64,000 bases of DNA. Source: Oikopleura dioica. Its lineage: Eukaryota > Animalia > Chordata. Below are positions 47,843-61,436 of this stretch, one piece after another. The position numbers and the translations under genes are program-made. Each line of letters begins with the position of its first letter. Position 1 is the stretch's first letter. The notes beneath the pieces are model-generated. The model made no database searches and had not been told where the DNA came from. It saw only the letters and a list, made by a program, of their open reading frames with translations. The stretch spans positions 1,674,001 to 1,738,000 of the forward strand of contig OU015567.1 in the NCBI GenBank assembly GCA_907165135.1, written 5' to 3'.

Positions 47843-50109
47843 ATGACAGAAAATGGCGAAAATGCGAAAAAGCGGAAGTGGGAAGTTTTCGCTGGGCGAA
47901 ATCGATTCTTTTGCAATGGAAGATGCTTGATGGCGAATGATTCTGGAGTTTTTGGACTTACCATTTTCCTGATTATTGCCTGCTCAGGTAAACAAACAGT
48001 TTAGCGCTAGAAAACTTAATAATTTAGCACATTTTTTGGATTTTTTCAGATTTCAGAAATAAATTATTTATTTTTTAATGAATAAAAAATAAATGATAAT
48101 TGAATCATTTTGATACGATTATATGCTCATAGTGGGTTTAGTCTCATGAATCATGAGTCATGATAGACTATCATTGATAGTTATGATATATCTTGCATGA
48201 TATAACTGATATCGCTTAATTTAGTTTCCTTTTGATATTTTATTTTGATTATTTTGATATTTAACGTCGATATAATCTGATAGTACAGTTGAAAGGTTTC
48301 AACTTTAGTCTATTTCACCACTTTTTTTGCAACAGGTAAACTGTTTTTTAATTATATAAATATCAATATTGAGAGCTACTGTGCTTATGTCATGCATTTT
48401 TTAAAAAGAATAACTACTGTACATATGAACAGTTATTCACTGAATGATTTGGGATCTTGAACCTGTAAGAAGCGAGATTGTATTCTGAGAAAACACAGAA
48501 AAGTGTAAAACGGAAAAGACGCGTCCCACAGGTCCAAGACGAACATCTTGGTTCAACACCAGTTAGATTAATCAATTAGTCTTCAAAGGACACTGAGGAG
48601 CTCTTTCAGCAATAATTAAACACTGCTTGAGTGGAGCTTCCAAAATCAAGGACCTCTGGACTAGCATCTAATCTTTCTTTTTCAGCTTTGTTCTTCGCCT
48701 TCGAATGTCGCCTTACTTATGCAAAGATCCACCTCGGCTGGCTGGTGATTCTTGCCGGTGCTATTTTGGCCGTCTTTTCGATCTGCTTTCTGCTGCGAAC
48801 TGCGTGTAGCGACCCTGGTATCATCACAAGGGCGACGAACTCCGAAGCTCACGGTAAATACAATCACCAAAGCAAATGCCGAGGCCTAGAATAGCCTTTC
48901 CTAGATAGGACATTTATCCGAATAAGGAAACCCCACTCCTTATCAGGGGGCTACGCCTTTAGGACCCCTAATAAGCCCCCGAAACGTCCCGAACCTCTCG
49001 CTTTCCTTCTTCAACACCCTCTAAAGGGATTTCGGAACCCCAACGTCGTGGTATTCATCTAGGGAGAGTCATCTTTTGTTCCAAAGTAGCCATATATTTC
49101 GACTTGTCTGACATTTAACTCTTGTTTCTCCTCTGACGTACGGCTTTTCAGCTGTCGAGCAGATCATCAAGGAAGAAGAAGAAAAGACGGGACGGCTAAA
49201 CAAGCCGCGCCACAAAATCGTCACCGTCAACGGAATGACCATCAAGCTCAAGTACTGTTACACCTGTAGATTCTTCAGACCACCGCGGGCCTCGCACTGC
49301 TCTCTCTGCAATAACTGCGTTTCCAGGTAGAGAAGGGTTGAAGGAGAACCCCCTCAAGAACGTTTTTAGATTCGACCATCATTGTCCATGGGTCGGGAAT
49401 TGCGTCGGAGAGCGAAACTACCGCTACTTTTATTTGTTCCTCGTCAGTTTGTGCATTCTGTGCCTCTTCATCTTCTCAGCTTCTGTTGCTCACCTGATCC
49501 TCTACTCGAAAGAAATCGTCGACGAAAACAGCCAAGAAGAACGCGGTTTTATCGAAGGTTAGCTCTTTCTTTACCTTTTTGAGCCTGTTTCGAGCATCAT
49601 TTTTTAGCGATGAAAGATTCTTGGGGCTCTTTAATTGAAGTCGTCACGTGTTTTCTTTCGATTTGGTCCGTTCTTGGCCTCACTTCATTCCACACATACC
49701 TCATTTTCTTCAATATTACTACCAACGAGGACATAAAGGTACAACTAAAGCTCTTTATATATCTAAATAAAGCGAATTATTCTAGGGCTCCTGGGACACT
49801 CGCCGTCAGCCCGACGCTTTCAACCCCTTCGACCGCGGCTCCTACTTCAAGAATTGCCTCGCCGTGCTGTGCGGCCCTCTGCCGACGCGAATCCGCTTCG
49901 AACATTTCGCTACGGATGAGGATTTCGAGGTTTACGATTACGCGAAGACGCTGGAGAACGGCAATTATGGAGCGGGTCAAATCAATGGAACGTATGCTCA
50001 ATCTAATGGGCAAGTGCCTCAGGCGTATCCAGTTCAACAAAATGGAGAGGTCAACTTGCCAGGTGCGCCAGCTGGAACTGAGGCGAAAGGTCGAGGAATG
50101 GGTCTCTAG
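47843..50109 (+). CDS. ZDHHC: DHHC palmitoyltransferase, ZDHHC9/14/18 subfamily
   Basis: [76 protein letters not shown] and NPFD. Confidence 0.95.
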
Positions 50110-50779
50110 GTTACATTCCGAAATAGCCTCTTATTATTAAAAAACGATCATTTGAAAGTAATAATGGGGAGTCCCAAAGTGGGACCGATTTTCGAGTGTT
50201 GTAGACAAAATGGATGTTATTCAGTACATCAGTAGACCCATTTAAAGACAATCCAGCTCTTAAACCATAGCTCCGAATCTCCTGATTCCAACAAAAACCA
50301 TCAACCAAGAAACTTATTTAATCCTCAAAAAACGAAGAAAACTCGAAGTCGGTGCAACATTTTCCATTTTGTCCAATTCCAAGCTCTACAGAAAAGCGAA
50401 ATCCATCGGCGAAAAACCAATCTTTCTTTTTTAGATCTTATTTAATGCATAAATAATTCAATCCTGTTCACACTCTATTTCTGTTCTTTTTTCTCAGTCC
50501 CGTTAAAGGAATCGTTGGGAACCGCACATTTTGTACATTTTTCTGATTTATATAATTAATAATAAAGGAAATTTAATTGAAATGCTTCAAGTTGACGATG
50601 ATTTTTGGATATTCTGATTCAAATCATCATCATATTTTGGCAGGAAATAGTGTTTATTGACAAGAAAATTCCACAGATTAAAATTTAAACGATTTGTAAG
50701 GGGGACGCTGAGGATAAGAGGGTGGGGTTAACAGGTTCTTCAGAAGTTATAAATCAAGTTGACCGTCAACGAAAAAAGG

Positions 50780-53630
50780 ACAGGAGTAATTAAACCAAAT
50801 TATACATGAAATGAAGCTTCAAACAGCTTGATAGATCACTTCGAACAAGAAGGTTCTGGAATGCGAAAGACGCGCATGTTCTGCTCCTCGTCGGATGAAT
50901 CATCCTCTTCAGACTGTTGGGTTGGGACAGCGGGAGGGGCAGAAGACTTTGCCGCTGCGGCTCGTGGGCGATTAGAGCTTCTGCGCGCCTTTGCATACTT
51001 TCTAGGAGCGCGAGCTTTCGGGGCATTTTGCGCTACTCCTTCATTCCTTGGATTTGGTTTTATTTCCCAGCAGGCCCGTTCGCTTTGATTCATCTTCAGG
51101 TAAACTTCTAGCGTTCCTTTCACTGAAAAGAGATGAAGATTAATCAAAGTTCGAATAAAATAGCCGACTTACTAATTTCCTCGTGGACATAGCCGGTAAG
51201 GTGTGGCATTGCTCTGCACATCTGAGACAATGTCTTCATGTTCTTCTTGATACGCTCGTGCTCTTCTGTATTTGGGCCTTCCTGAAGGATTCAAGCGTAA
51301 GTAAGCATAAGACTGGTCTCGAATCTTACCACTCCCTTGACTTTGTCGTGCGCTTTGAGCATACGCTCGGTTATTCGCGGACATTCAGTCTGTTTGATGA
51401 AGAAATTTATCGTTTCCCCGAGGAAAGCAAAATAGCCCGCTTCTTTCTGTTTGTTCACCATTTGCCGCAATTTCACGCCCATATTCGCGCCGATGATTGC
51501 TTCATCGCCTGAAGAAATTCTAGCTTGAAAGAAGCATGTTAAAAATATCGAACTTACACTTCGTCTGCCAATCGGTCATATAGGTCAGCAAAGGTTTGAC
51601 ACCTCTTTCGGCTTCTTGCAATGTTTTTTCCTGGCTGGATGTGGTGTTTTCGGCTTCTGGCAATTTGTCGTACTATCGATTTTTGTTGAATATTTGGCAA
51701 TTGGAAATTCGAGTTCTTACCTGATTTGATGGCCCAGGGCGATCTTCAAGGTTCGTGATCGTCGCGGAAGTTGAACCTGTAGGAAAATACTCAACCATTC
51801 CATTGGACGGTCCACCGTGAGAAAAGTGATCATTGGAAAAATCATGTCGCAGATCGGTCGTTTGCTGCGTTGTGATGACCTCGTGTTGGTACTCGTGCGG
51901 CATTGGATCTGCTTGCTGGATTTCCTCGAGAATAACCATGTCAGCATCAGATTCGAGGACAGGGACGGACGGCTCGATAGGCAGGACTGTAGCAGCTGCT
52001 GTAGCCAACTCAAGTGTAGCTGGAGGTCCGTCAAGAACAATTACGTCTCCTTGATTCGGAGTTATCTGCAAAGCGGCCTTCTTCTGAGCGTCGAGGCGTT
52101 CTTGCTCCTTTCGTTTTCGCTCGAGCTCTTCCTGCTCTTTTAGTCTGAGGGCATTTTGTCGCATTTTTTCGACTTCTTTGGCGCGCGCTTCTTCTTGTGC
52201 TTTCTAAAGAAAATAAGGAATAAGAATAGATGAAAACACTAACGATCAATGCTTCGTGTTCACGATTTTCCTTTTCTTTCAGTTGAATCGTATTCAACTG
52301 CCCTCTGATTTCAGCCAAGCTATCGCGAGATTCTTTATTGAACGAGTTTTGCCGAGCTTTTCTCCGGACCTGTAGTTGATTTTCACCGGCAGAGCTACAA
52401 CAGTATTTCAGTATTTCAGAAAAAAATCTTGACTTTTACCTGACTCTTTGAGCCGCAGCAAGCTTGGCGAATCCGTCATTGTCGTCGCTTGTAATCCGTC
52501 GGCTGCCGAATCCGAATTGCTCGCGTGTTGTTGAATTTGGGTGGTTCAGGTACCCTTGTCGAGGCTTTGTTCCTTCGACAGCTGTCTTTCCAGGAGCTTT
52601 GGATACCGCTGGTGGATTAAAAGCAGTAGTTGATCGCGGTTGATTAAAATTCTATCAAAATTTTATATGAAAGGAGTGTTAAGATTTCAAACCTCGTTCG
52701 AATCGTCATCAGGAGCTTGATCACCACTGGAGCTGGGCATTTCGACGAGAAGGTGATGTGCCGGAAGCTGGTCGGACTTTGTTACACCGCTCCAGTTTTC
52801 GTCAACTACGACCGGAGCGCCTTGATTTGTGGAGGACATGACTGGCATCTGGTTGAAGGAAGTTGTAGTTGTCTGATTGTAGTACTGGGGATTCTGGTAA
52901 GACATCTGTCCCGAAGAGCCGCATGGTTGGGAGACGGTTTGGAGAGAAAACTGGTTGTTTCCATTATACTGTTCGGATAACTGCTGGGTAAATGATTGAG
53001 GGTAATTTGGGGTGATTGGTTGGGATGAAGACTGAGTATTGTCCCAAGATTGGCCACGCTGGGGGACAATGAGATTTCCATGCTCATCGGTAGGCAGTCC
53101 AATTTCCGGATTTTGGAACTGGTTGAAGTTCCAGCTGCTGCCTCCAGCGTTGATTGGGGTTGAGCCGTTGAAGTTTCCGGGTGGTGGCTGATCCATGTTC
53201 GTGTAGTCATTTCCGACGTGTCCCATCATCGATGGATTGATTGTACCGCGGCCTTGTCCTTGTTGATTTCCACTACCGAGGATGGTGTTGTTGGGTATCT
53301 GATGGAGTTATCAAGATGATTTTGAATAAAATTGATACCTCTTCATAAATGATATTCGGCGATGGTTGGCCGGAATAGGTGAAACCACAGGCCTCAAATG
53401 ACTCTACTTCGGTAGGTGGGTTTATCCATTCATTTTGGTTCGCAGGTGATTGTTGGGGCGGATTAGATGCATCGAAATAGACAGGCTGAGCTTGCCCTTA
53501 TTTGTGTTTTTCAAAGATTATTCTCTTTGTTTCAGAAAATACTTATTTCCTCAAAGAATTTCGAATTGAAAAACATTCCTTCGGTCTCTTCAAGGCCAAA
53601 AATAGATTCGTCAATGTTGGGATTGAGTTC
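50780..53630 (-). CDS. Uncharacterised protein with a Q/N/S-rich N-terminus, coiled coil and basic C-terminal region
   Basis: Long open exons 52687-53298, 51720-52200, 51170-51510 and 50836-51120 with GT-AG introns; no family recognised. Confidence 0.5.
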
Positions 53631-54072
53631 GGACATCTCTGCTTATCTCTGCCTTTTTAATATTTACAGATTTCGGGGAATCTCTTGGAGTAACTTTCGT
53701 CGAAAGTCTTGGTTTCCGATTCGGCCAGCCTATCGGATTCCAAGAAAATTGGGAGGTGAGTGGGTTTCGAGCTGGCGCGCGCTGCAAGAAAAAGGAAATC
53801 TAGAGAGAAAAAGGTCGCGCCAGATGTTCTTGAGCCGGCTTTAACGCGAAACTAGAAACTTTTTCTTCTCCATTTTCGCCCTTCGGAATCTGTCAGACAA
53901 AAGTTCTCAGGGAGGGCGAGAGATGAAAAGAGAAGGATCTTGAATAATCGACGACGCTTTTATCAGTTTCTATCTTTGCTCGAAAAATGACTCTGAAAAA
54001 TTTTGTTGTGAACAACTTTATTGATTTAAAAATGCTCGTATTAAGAGAGCTCAAAATTTGAGCTTATTCATT

Positions 54073-54603
54073 ATGAATTTCGACGATACGGAGTACCCCA
54101 TCTCAGACGTAATTCCGATTCCGACGGCAGAATTTTTTCCCGATGACAGGGTTAACCTAACACCACTGCAGACAGGTACAGCTGAAAACTTGCTTGTTCG
54201 TCAAATTCAATTTTAAGTTGTACCAGTGAAGTGGGAGCCGCAAATGACGAGGATAATAATGGGACCAGCGCCGGAGAATCTCAAAATTAAGAATTTAAAT
54301 TCTAACAACGGTCAAAGGTAAAAACAATCAGTCATTTTCATAGTTACCATTTCTCTAAGAGCTGTTTACTACCCGACAGTTGACGAGATTGAGCAAGAAG
54401 TAGACAAAGAGACAATCAAGGAAAATCGAAGAAAGAAAAACTCTGAAGCTGCTAGACTTTTTCGCCAGAGGAAGAAAGAGTATATTTCTGGTCTTGAAGA
54501 AAGAGTCAAAGTCCTTGAGAAAGAAAACAAGGTTCTCCAAAACGAAATAAAGAAACTCAAGGAAATGCATTGCCAGAACCCTGCCATGAATCAGCAACAA
54601 TGA
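54073..54603 (+). CDS. Short CREB/CREM/ATF1-type bZIP transcription factor
   Basis: RRKKNSEAARLFRQRKKEYISGLEERVKVLEKENKVLQNEIKKLKEMHC aligns with the CREB bZIP. Three small exons; absent from the ORF track. Confidence 0.8.
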
Positions 54604-55149
54604 TAACTGCTAGAATATCTTCTGTGGTTTTGCTGCTTTCATTTAAATTTGTAATAAATACGTGAGTCAAGAAGAAAGTGACCCTTTTTATTATTTTTTC
54701 ATTCTTCAAGCAATTCAGCATTAGGTATGAAAAACTTGCTTCCAATTTCGACAAAATTTTTCGCCGATAATGAACCATTTTATCAATTTGCAAAAGCGAT
54801 TCTACGCCTTCGCTATCTGCACATTCCACTATTATTCGTTTTGAACTTCCCTGTCCGAGATCGCGGTTGAAAACGTCATTCACTGAGGACTCCTGAGTCA
54901 GAACCGTGGAATAATTAAGCATCAAGTAGGACCGCAAAATCGTCACTGTCAAAAACGCTCCTCTCGTGGTTAATTTAGCTGCATAAGAAGGAGGAAGAAA
55001 TGGTTTGCTTTTGGAATTTTTATTTTTTCGCATGTTTTTTGTGGCAGAAGGAATTCGCTCTTGTCAAGTTTAAAGAATCCTCAAGTGTGATATAGTAACA
55101 GTTGATGAGTTTTCGATATTCGATTCAGGAAGAAGATTCATTTTTGTAT

Positions 55150-56091
55150 TTAGGCAAGGAGGATCTGGGAGGTCCAGGAAGATGGGACGGTGTAGTCGTA
55201 ATCGTCAGCGGAAAGATCTGGCTCACAAAGCTCGAACTATAAAAAACGATAAGAGAAAGAAAAAAGGATGAAGACTTTACCTGAGCATACTCGAGAATGC
55301 CACCGTGGTTGGCATCGACTTGGTACTGGAAGGTGTTTTCACAGTCGATATGGGTAGTTTCTCCATGACCGTGATGAGCAGAAACGTTTCGGACGGCAAC
55401 CTCGAATGGCTCGTTGACCTGGTGAGCGTTGATCTCGACGACGCCGATGGCTTCGTTGTCGAGTCCGTAGATTGGCAAGTTGTATTGCTGGTGCGAGCGA
55501 GCGATGTCGTAGTTGAAGTTGCCGAGGAGAGGGCCTTCGTAAGCGTAGCCGTAGTCGACGCAGTTGACTTCAGCGTCGCCCCAGGTGGTGGTGTTGACGA
55601 CGAATCGATCCCACTCGTAGTTGGTTGGGTCGACGCATCGGTCGTCTCGGAAGAAGTAGACGATGTCGAGCTGGTTCTCGTGGCTGAGGCCTTCGAAGCC
55701 AGTGAAGACGTAGGTGTTGGCGGAAAGGTCGGTTTGCTGGGGAAGAGGGAAGGAAGAAGCGATGGTGAGCATCTGGAGATCATCAGATCCAGTCGCAGAG
55801 CCGAATGGGTGGTTACCGAGATCAGGGAAGGTCAGAGTGCAGGTAGCATTGATCATGTTGTACTCAGGTCCTCGGAGGATCTTCTGGCAGCCGCAGTAAG
55901 GCGCGTGTTCGTTTCCTGGCCAGCAGTGGAAGCCACTATCTTGCTCGGTCTAGGAATGGAAATTTTAAATTAGGGGTAAGGCTTATTTTGATTTATTAAA
56001 AATAAAAGGCTTGTTGTTTTTCTTTCTTTCTTTTTTTTTTCTCGAAACTTACGGCTTGTGTGAGGGCGAAAAAAGCGGCAGCGATCTTCAT
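55150..56091 (-). CDS. Secreted Cys/His-containing protein, family copy 1 (candidate house protein/oikosin-type)
   Basis: MKIAAAFFALTQA; CWPGNEHAPYCGCQ; LQMLTIASSFP; GPLLGNFNYDIARSHQQYNLPIYGL; NVSAHHGHG. Confidence 0.85.
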
Positions 56092-58812
56092 GTTCAAAAA
56101 ATTTTTAGGATGAACGAAGTCAGTTTTCTTCGCAATAAATTTCCAAGCTACCGGTCAACGATTTTTAAGCTGTCCGAGTCCTGCGGAGGGCGCTAGAAAC
56201 GGCACGTCTGCGCTCCAAAACCGCTTGCTTCCGGACCACGAGATAACGAGCTGAAGAGGTTTAAGAGGTGAAAATCGGAACCACTAAAAGTTGATGGCGG
56301 GGGATGTTTTAGAGGATCCCCTCATCACTCTGCAACCTCAAAAAGTTCGGAATTATGCAGAATGAACAGAATATGATCAGACCCGTTCGCGGGGGTTCGA
56401 ATCAAGTAAAGGCTGAAATTTCCGGGATTTCGAGGCGAATATCACCATTTTAATAGCATCGGTCTCCTGAGGATCTGACCTTGTCCATCTCATTCTGGAA
56501 GAATCCTTCTCATTGAGTTAATCAATGAGGTTTTGTCTGATTTTTTCGTCCTTTGGAGCTTTGATAACAGCGATGGATGAAGCTGCTAATTTCATCGTCA
56601 ATCTGGACTGCAATAAAAAGCAATTAACGAAGCAATTTTTCTTCGTTTAATTTGATGACTTGGACCGGTCGGCGTTTTTATGGTGCCACAGGAACCGCAG
56701 AGGGCGCTACTATTTCTCAAAGCCAGAGAGCGTGGTTTATTATCTGACATGGTGGTACCACCATACTACACCGCCGTGGCGTCTATGAACTCTGCCACGT
56801 GCTTCCGTTATGCGGATTCTAAAGCTGCTCATTTTTCTGATCAATAATTAGACTTCATGTTGTCACTCTCAGATGTCGAAAAAGATTGATTTCGAAAATT
56901 TTTAACTCTTGCTCTAAATATGAAATCTGTCTAGAATTCCTGTCAGAGTTCAGGATCTCCTTCCCCAGACACTTTATTACATATATTCTACTTTGTCAGA
57001 ATTTTATAACACAAGAAAAAGTGAAGGCACAATGTTTGAAGCCGCTTATTTTCGAAAAAAAAGAGTCTATTTTGCCAATAAACCAGGGTTGATACGACTA
57101 CCACATAGGACACGGTAGCCAGTACCGAGTACTTGACACGAGCGACTGTATATACACAAATTTTGTGAGCACCAGCGGGATTAAATTTAACCTTTTCCAA
57201 GAATCCGGAAAGACTCTTCTGATGAGCTTTGAAAAATTTAAAAAGGTCATTGACTCGAGTATGATCGATTTGAAAATTAGTAGCTTGCAACAAGCAGCCG
57301 CAAATATCTGTTTCAGAATGTGGCGGTAACATTCAATTTGCGTGTTTTAGACGTCATCGAAAAAAGTTTACTCAAAACTGAAAACTATGTTTCATCTGTC
57401 CTTTCTCTCTGAATTTATCGTAATCTGATTATTTCGCCACATCTGTCACGTGTCTCATCTTTTTTAATAAAAATATTTAGCAGAATTGAGAATTAACAAT
57501 TCATCCCGAATTCGTGTTTTTCTGCGACCAGTAAGAGGACCTTGAATTATTGATTGCTGTTTGATATAAATTTGGACAGTATTTCAAGCCAGAGTAAACT
57601 TGTCTTAGAGTTGACCATTGAATCATGCAAGTGACTTTTATTTTGAGCTTTTTGGGCAAAGCAGCGTTGAGTTTTAACCCATATAATGGCTACTTGTTGG
57701 ATGAAGTACTGGCAGGACTGTAAGTACCAAGTCATTTGTGCCTCCTTTCGTTTAAGTACCTTATCTGTAACGGAGGATATTATACAAAATGGCAAACAAA
57801 AATGACCCGCCCTTTTTGTCTAAAACTTCCTTCACTTCCTTATCTGAAGTGTCCCTTAGACGGTCAGCCAGTAAGATTACCATGAATTTCAGTGATAACA
57901 CTGGCGAGCAACACGAGGCGAAAGTCAACCCGATCGACAACACCGCTGACAACATCCTTATCGATCTTTATGCAAATAATCCTATCAGTGTTGGATTGTG
58001 AATTTTTCAGTGAATAAAAAAACGAACTAACCTAACGATACTCTATTTGACAAACCCTTACCCTAATCCTTTATCATATGATAAAGATTTATGACTCATA
58101 AATCATATGATAAATAATATATTCTTTTAAGAATATATTTTTCTTTTAATGAATTTTTGGCAATAAAAATTCAATCCTCAACAAAGATTCAAACATTTTT
58201 AAATCACGAGTTCAATAAATGATTCGTGTGATTGAAAAACGTGATTGAAAAAATTTTCGTGCACGTTACTCTTTTTGGTGAAATTGAATTTCGCCGTAGA
58301 ATAAATCCGCTTTGGGAGCAACGTGACGGGACGGTGCGGCTTGTTTAGTTTGCAAATTGGATTGAGCACCCGTGCTTGGCTTATCTTTCGGCCAGCAGCG
58401 CATAAAATGACATGGAATTAACTTCTGAATCTTCAAAAGGGCGGTTTTGTTAATGCCCAGACTTCAGATAATAAACAGTTCAACGACAATTCATTTCCTC
58501 CTTCTTCTTTAGTCAAATTTTGTAAAATTAATTTCTAAAAATAAAAAAATGAAACCTTGACCTGGATCTATTCAAAGCTTGTCAAGATTTTCGTCTAAAC
58601 AAATTCAGTAAACGTCAATTCTAGGGCTTCCGTGACAAATTCGAAGGGCAAAAACGTTGATGATTTTGCGGTGGCCCCATTAGCAGAATTTCGACATGAT
58701 ACATGTAGTTGACGACATTTCAGATCTAGTTCGATGGTTTCGTTGGGTTCGCCTTTAGAAATCATTGAGATACTCATGCACCTAGTGGTAAATATACTTA
58801 TACGTACCCCGG

Positions 58813-58856
58813 GCGCCCTCGTTTGTCAAGGTACTGGTATATAAACGCTGACCGGT
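58813..58856 (+). promoter_or_regulatory. Conserved core promoter GCGCCCTC - TATA - GACCGGT (also at 60272-60313 on + and 56150-56193 on -)
   Basis: The same two motifs flank an AT-rich TATA-like box at 27-29 nt spacing upstream of all three paralogs. Confidence 0.65.
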
Positions 58857-58909
58857 GCTGAAAATTTCATTGCAAAGAAATCCGACTTTGTAAGCATTTT
58901 TATTCGAAA

Positions 58910-60007
58910 ATGAAGGTTGCTGCTGCTTTTCTCGCCCTCTCTCATGCCGTAAGTACAATAATAGAATTAAACAAAAGAGAAGAGATCGGCCGAAAACATT
59001 GTTAAAGTGAATTTATTCAGACCGAAGACCCAGCTGGTTTCAACTGCTGGCCTGCTAACGAGCATGCTCCTCATTGTGGCTGCCAGCTCATCGATCGAGA
59101 GAAAAGCATGATCAACTCAGAGTGCACTGCTCGATGGTCGATGATTGAACATCCAGAGCAACCAGAAATGGAGAATGCCCTCCAGATGCTCACCGTCGCT
59201 TCTTCTTTCCCTCTTTCAGAGCGAACCGATCTCGCCGCAAACTTCTACACCTGGACTGGTTACAGCGGAATGAGTCACGAGGAAAAGCACGACATCGTCT
59301 TCTTCTTCCGAGAAGACGCCTGCTGGATTCCATGCAAGGAGCAGGAATATGATGCCGATGGAAATCTGATGAACAACACCGCACCCGAATACAACTGCCC
59401 AGATGGCGTTACTCGACTTCCAATCGACATGGAAGCGGCGATGGAAACATGGGCTGAGCCAGAGTTCAACTGCAACCCAACTGCTGATGGCGAACCCGTC
59501 CCCGGACCTCGACTCGGCAACTTCAACTACGACATCGCTCGATCCCACCAGAGCTACAATCTTCCGATCTATGGACTCAACCGATGGGACGACGAATCTT
59601 CCCGAAAACGAAGAGGATCTGACTCCGCTTACGTCGAAATCAACAGCCATACTTACCAAGCGGACTTCGACAACTTCCCAGTCCTCATTCAAAATGTAAA
59701 CATCTTTATATAACATAAGTCTTTATGAAAATTTTCCTAGGTCACCGCACACCACGGTCACGGAACTGTTATTCATGAAGATTGCACGACTAACGCATTC
59801 CAGTACGATGTCATGGATGCCAACGGTAACCACAATGGCTGGCTCGAATATGCTCAGGTTTGTTAAATAGTTTGATAAGATTTCTCATTAAGAGTTAACT
59901 TTTATCGTTTATTAATTTAGTTTGAACTCTGCGAACCAGATCTCTCCGCTGCCGACTACATGTACACTGTTCCATCTTCTTGGACTTCTACCGTTACACT
60001 CCTTTGA
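58910..60007 (+). CDS. Same secreted family, copy 2
   Basis: MKVAAAFLALSHA and the same conserved blocks; 4 exons. Confidence 0.85.
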
Positions 60008-60368
60008 GTAAAGAAAAGAAATCATCAGTTGCGATTAAAAATCATACAATTGTCTGTTTTCGTTTTCTGCAAAAATCATGAAGATAAAATAAAATCTAAA
60101 ATATTCTGATTACGACCAATTTATTGGAATTTCACACCCGTATAGAATCAGAATTCAATTTTACACTTTGAAGTTTTTATTAAATTCAAAAATTAATTTC
60201 ACTCAGTTTATCGAAATTCGTAAAAAAAAACGTTGGTACTCCAAGCGGTAAAATATCTGTATGCGCCATGAGCGCCCTCGCTGGCTAGTACCGTCATAAA
60301 AGCAACGACCGGTGCGGCAGAACTTCATTACAAAGAAAACCGACTTTGTAACCATTTTTATTCGAAAA

Positions 60369-61436
60369 ATGAAGGTTGCTGCTGCGTTCATCGCTCTTAC
60401 CCACGCCGTAAGTATAAGAGATAAAGAGAACTCGAAACACTTAATTAGTAGGCTTATAATTAGTGTGATGTTTATAATTTAGCGGCAGAACCGAATTCTA
60501 ACATTTTTATAAGACTGAGGATCCCGACACTAACGGCCCTAACTGCTGGCCAGCCAACGAGCATGCCCCTCATTGCGGATGCCAATGGATCACTAGAGAC
60601 TATCAAATGATCAATCATGAGTGCACCTTGGAATTCGACGCTCCAGCCAACGTGATTCAAATGCTCACCGTCGCCTCTTCTTTCCCCATTCCAAATGCCA
60701 CCGATCTCGACGCCAACAGCTATACCTGGACTGGTATCGAAGGAATGAGCCACGACAACAAGCACGACATCGTTTACTTCTTCCGAAGGGATCAATGCTG
60801 GGAAGAAAAACTCAACCCCGACACAAACGAGACCGAACTTGTTCCCGTCAACATGACTGCTGCTGCCGAGACCTGGGCTTCACCCTCCCTCGATTGTGTT
60901 GAAAACGCCGACGGCGAACCCCACCCTGGACCACTCCTCGGCAACTTCAACTACGACATCGCCCGATCCCACCAGCAATACAATCTCCCAATCTACGGAC
61001 TTGACCGATGGGACGACGCTGAACGAAAGCGACGAGGAGCCGACATCGCTTGGATCGAAATCAACAGTCACACTTACCCAGGAGACCTCCCCAAGTACGA
61101 AGTCCTCATCCAAAACGTAAGATTCTTTTAACGATTTAAATTATTATCGAAATTATCTAGGTCACTGCTCACCACGGCCACGGATCTGTTACTCATGATG
61201 ATTGCACGACTAACGCATTCCAGTACGATGTTATGGACGCCAACGGAAACCACAATGGATGGCTCGAATATGCTCAGGTAAATTTTAATGTTTTATGATA
61301 ATATTCTCGAGTTTCTTGTTAAGTTACTTAATTCTAAAAAATAATTAAGTTCGAACTCTGTGAGCCGGATCTCAGCGCTGGCGACTACGATTACACCGTC
61401 CCATCTTCCTGGACTTCTTCCGTTGTACTCAAGTAA
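60369..61436 (+). CDS. Same secreted family, copy 3
   Basis: MKVAAAFIALTHA, with the same blocks and intron positions as copy 2. Confidence 0.85.

Noticed and set aside
56988-57332. ORF ending ...FNPAGAHKI...VLATVSYVVV..., resembling a gustatory-receptor-like C-terminus
   Set aside because: The TYhhhhhQF signature is absent and no upstream multi-TM exons could be assembled.
55150-61436. LPMO assignment for the His-rich secreted family
   Set aside because: The predicted mature N-termini start with Thr/Glu, not the His1 needed for a histidine brace.
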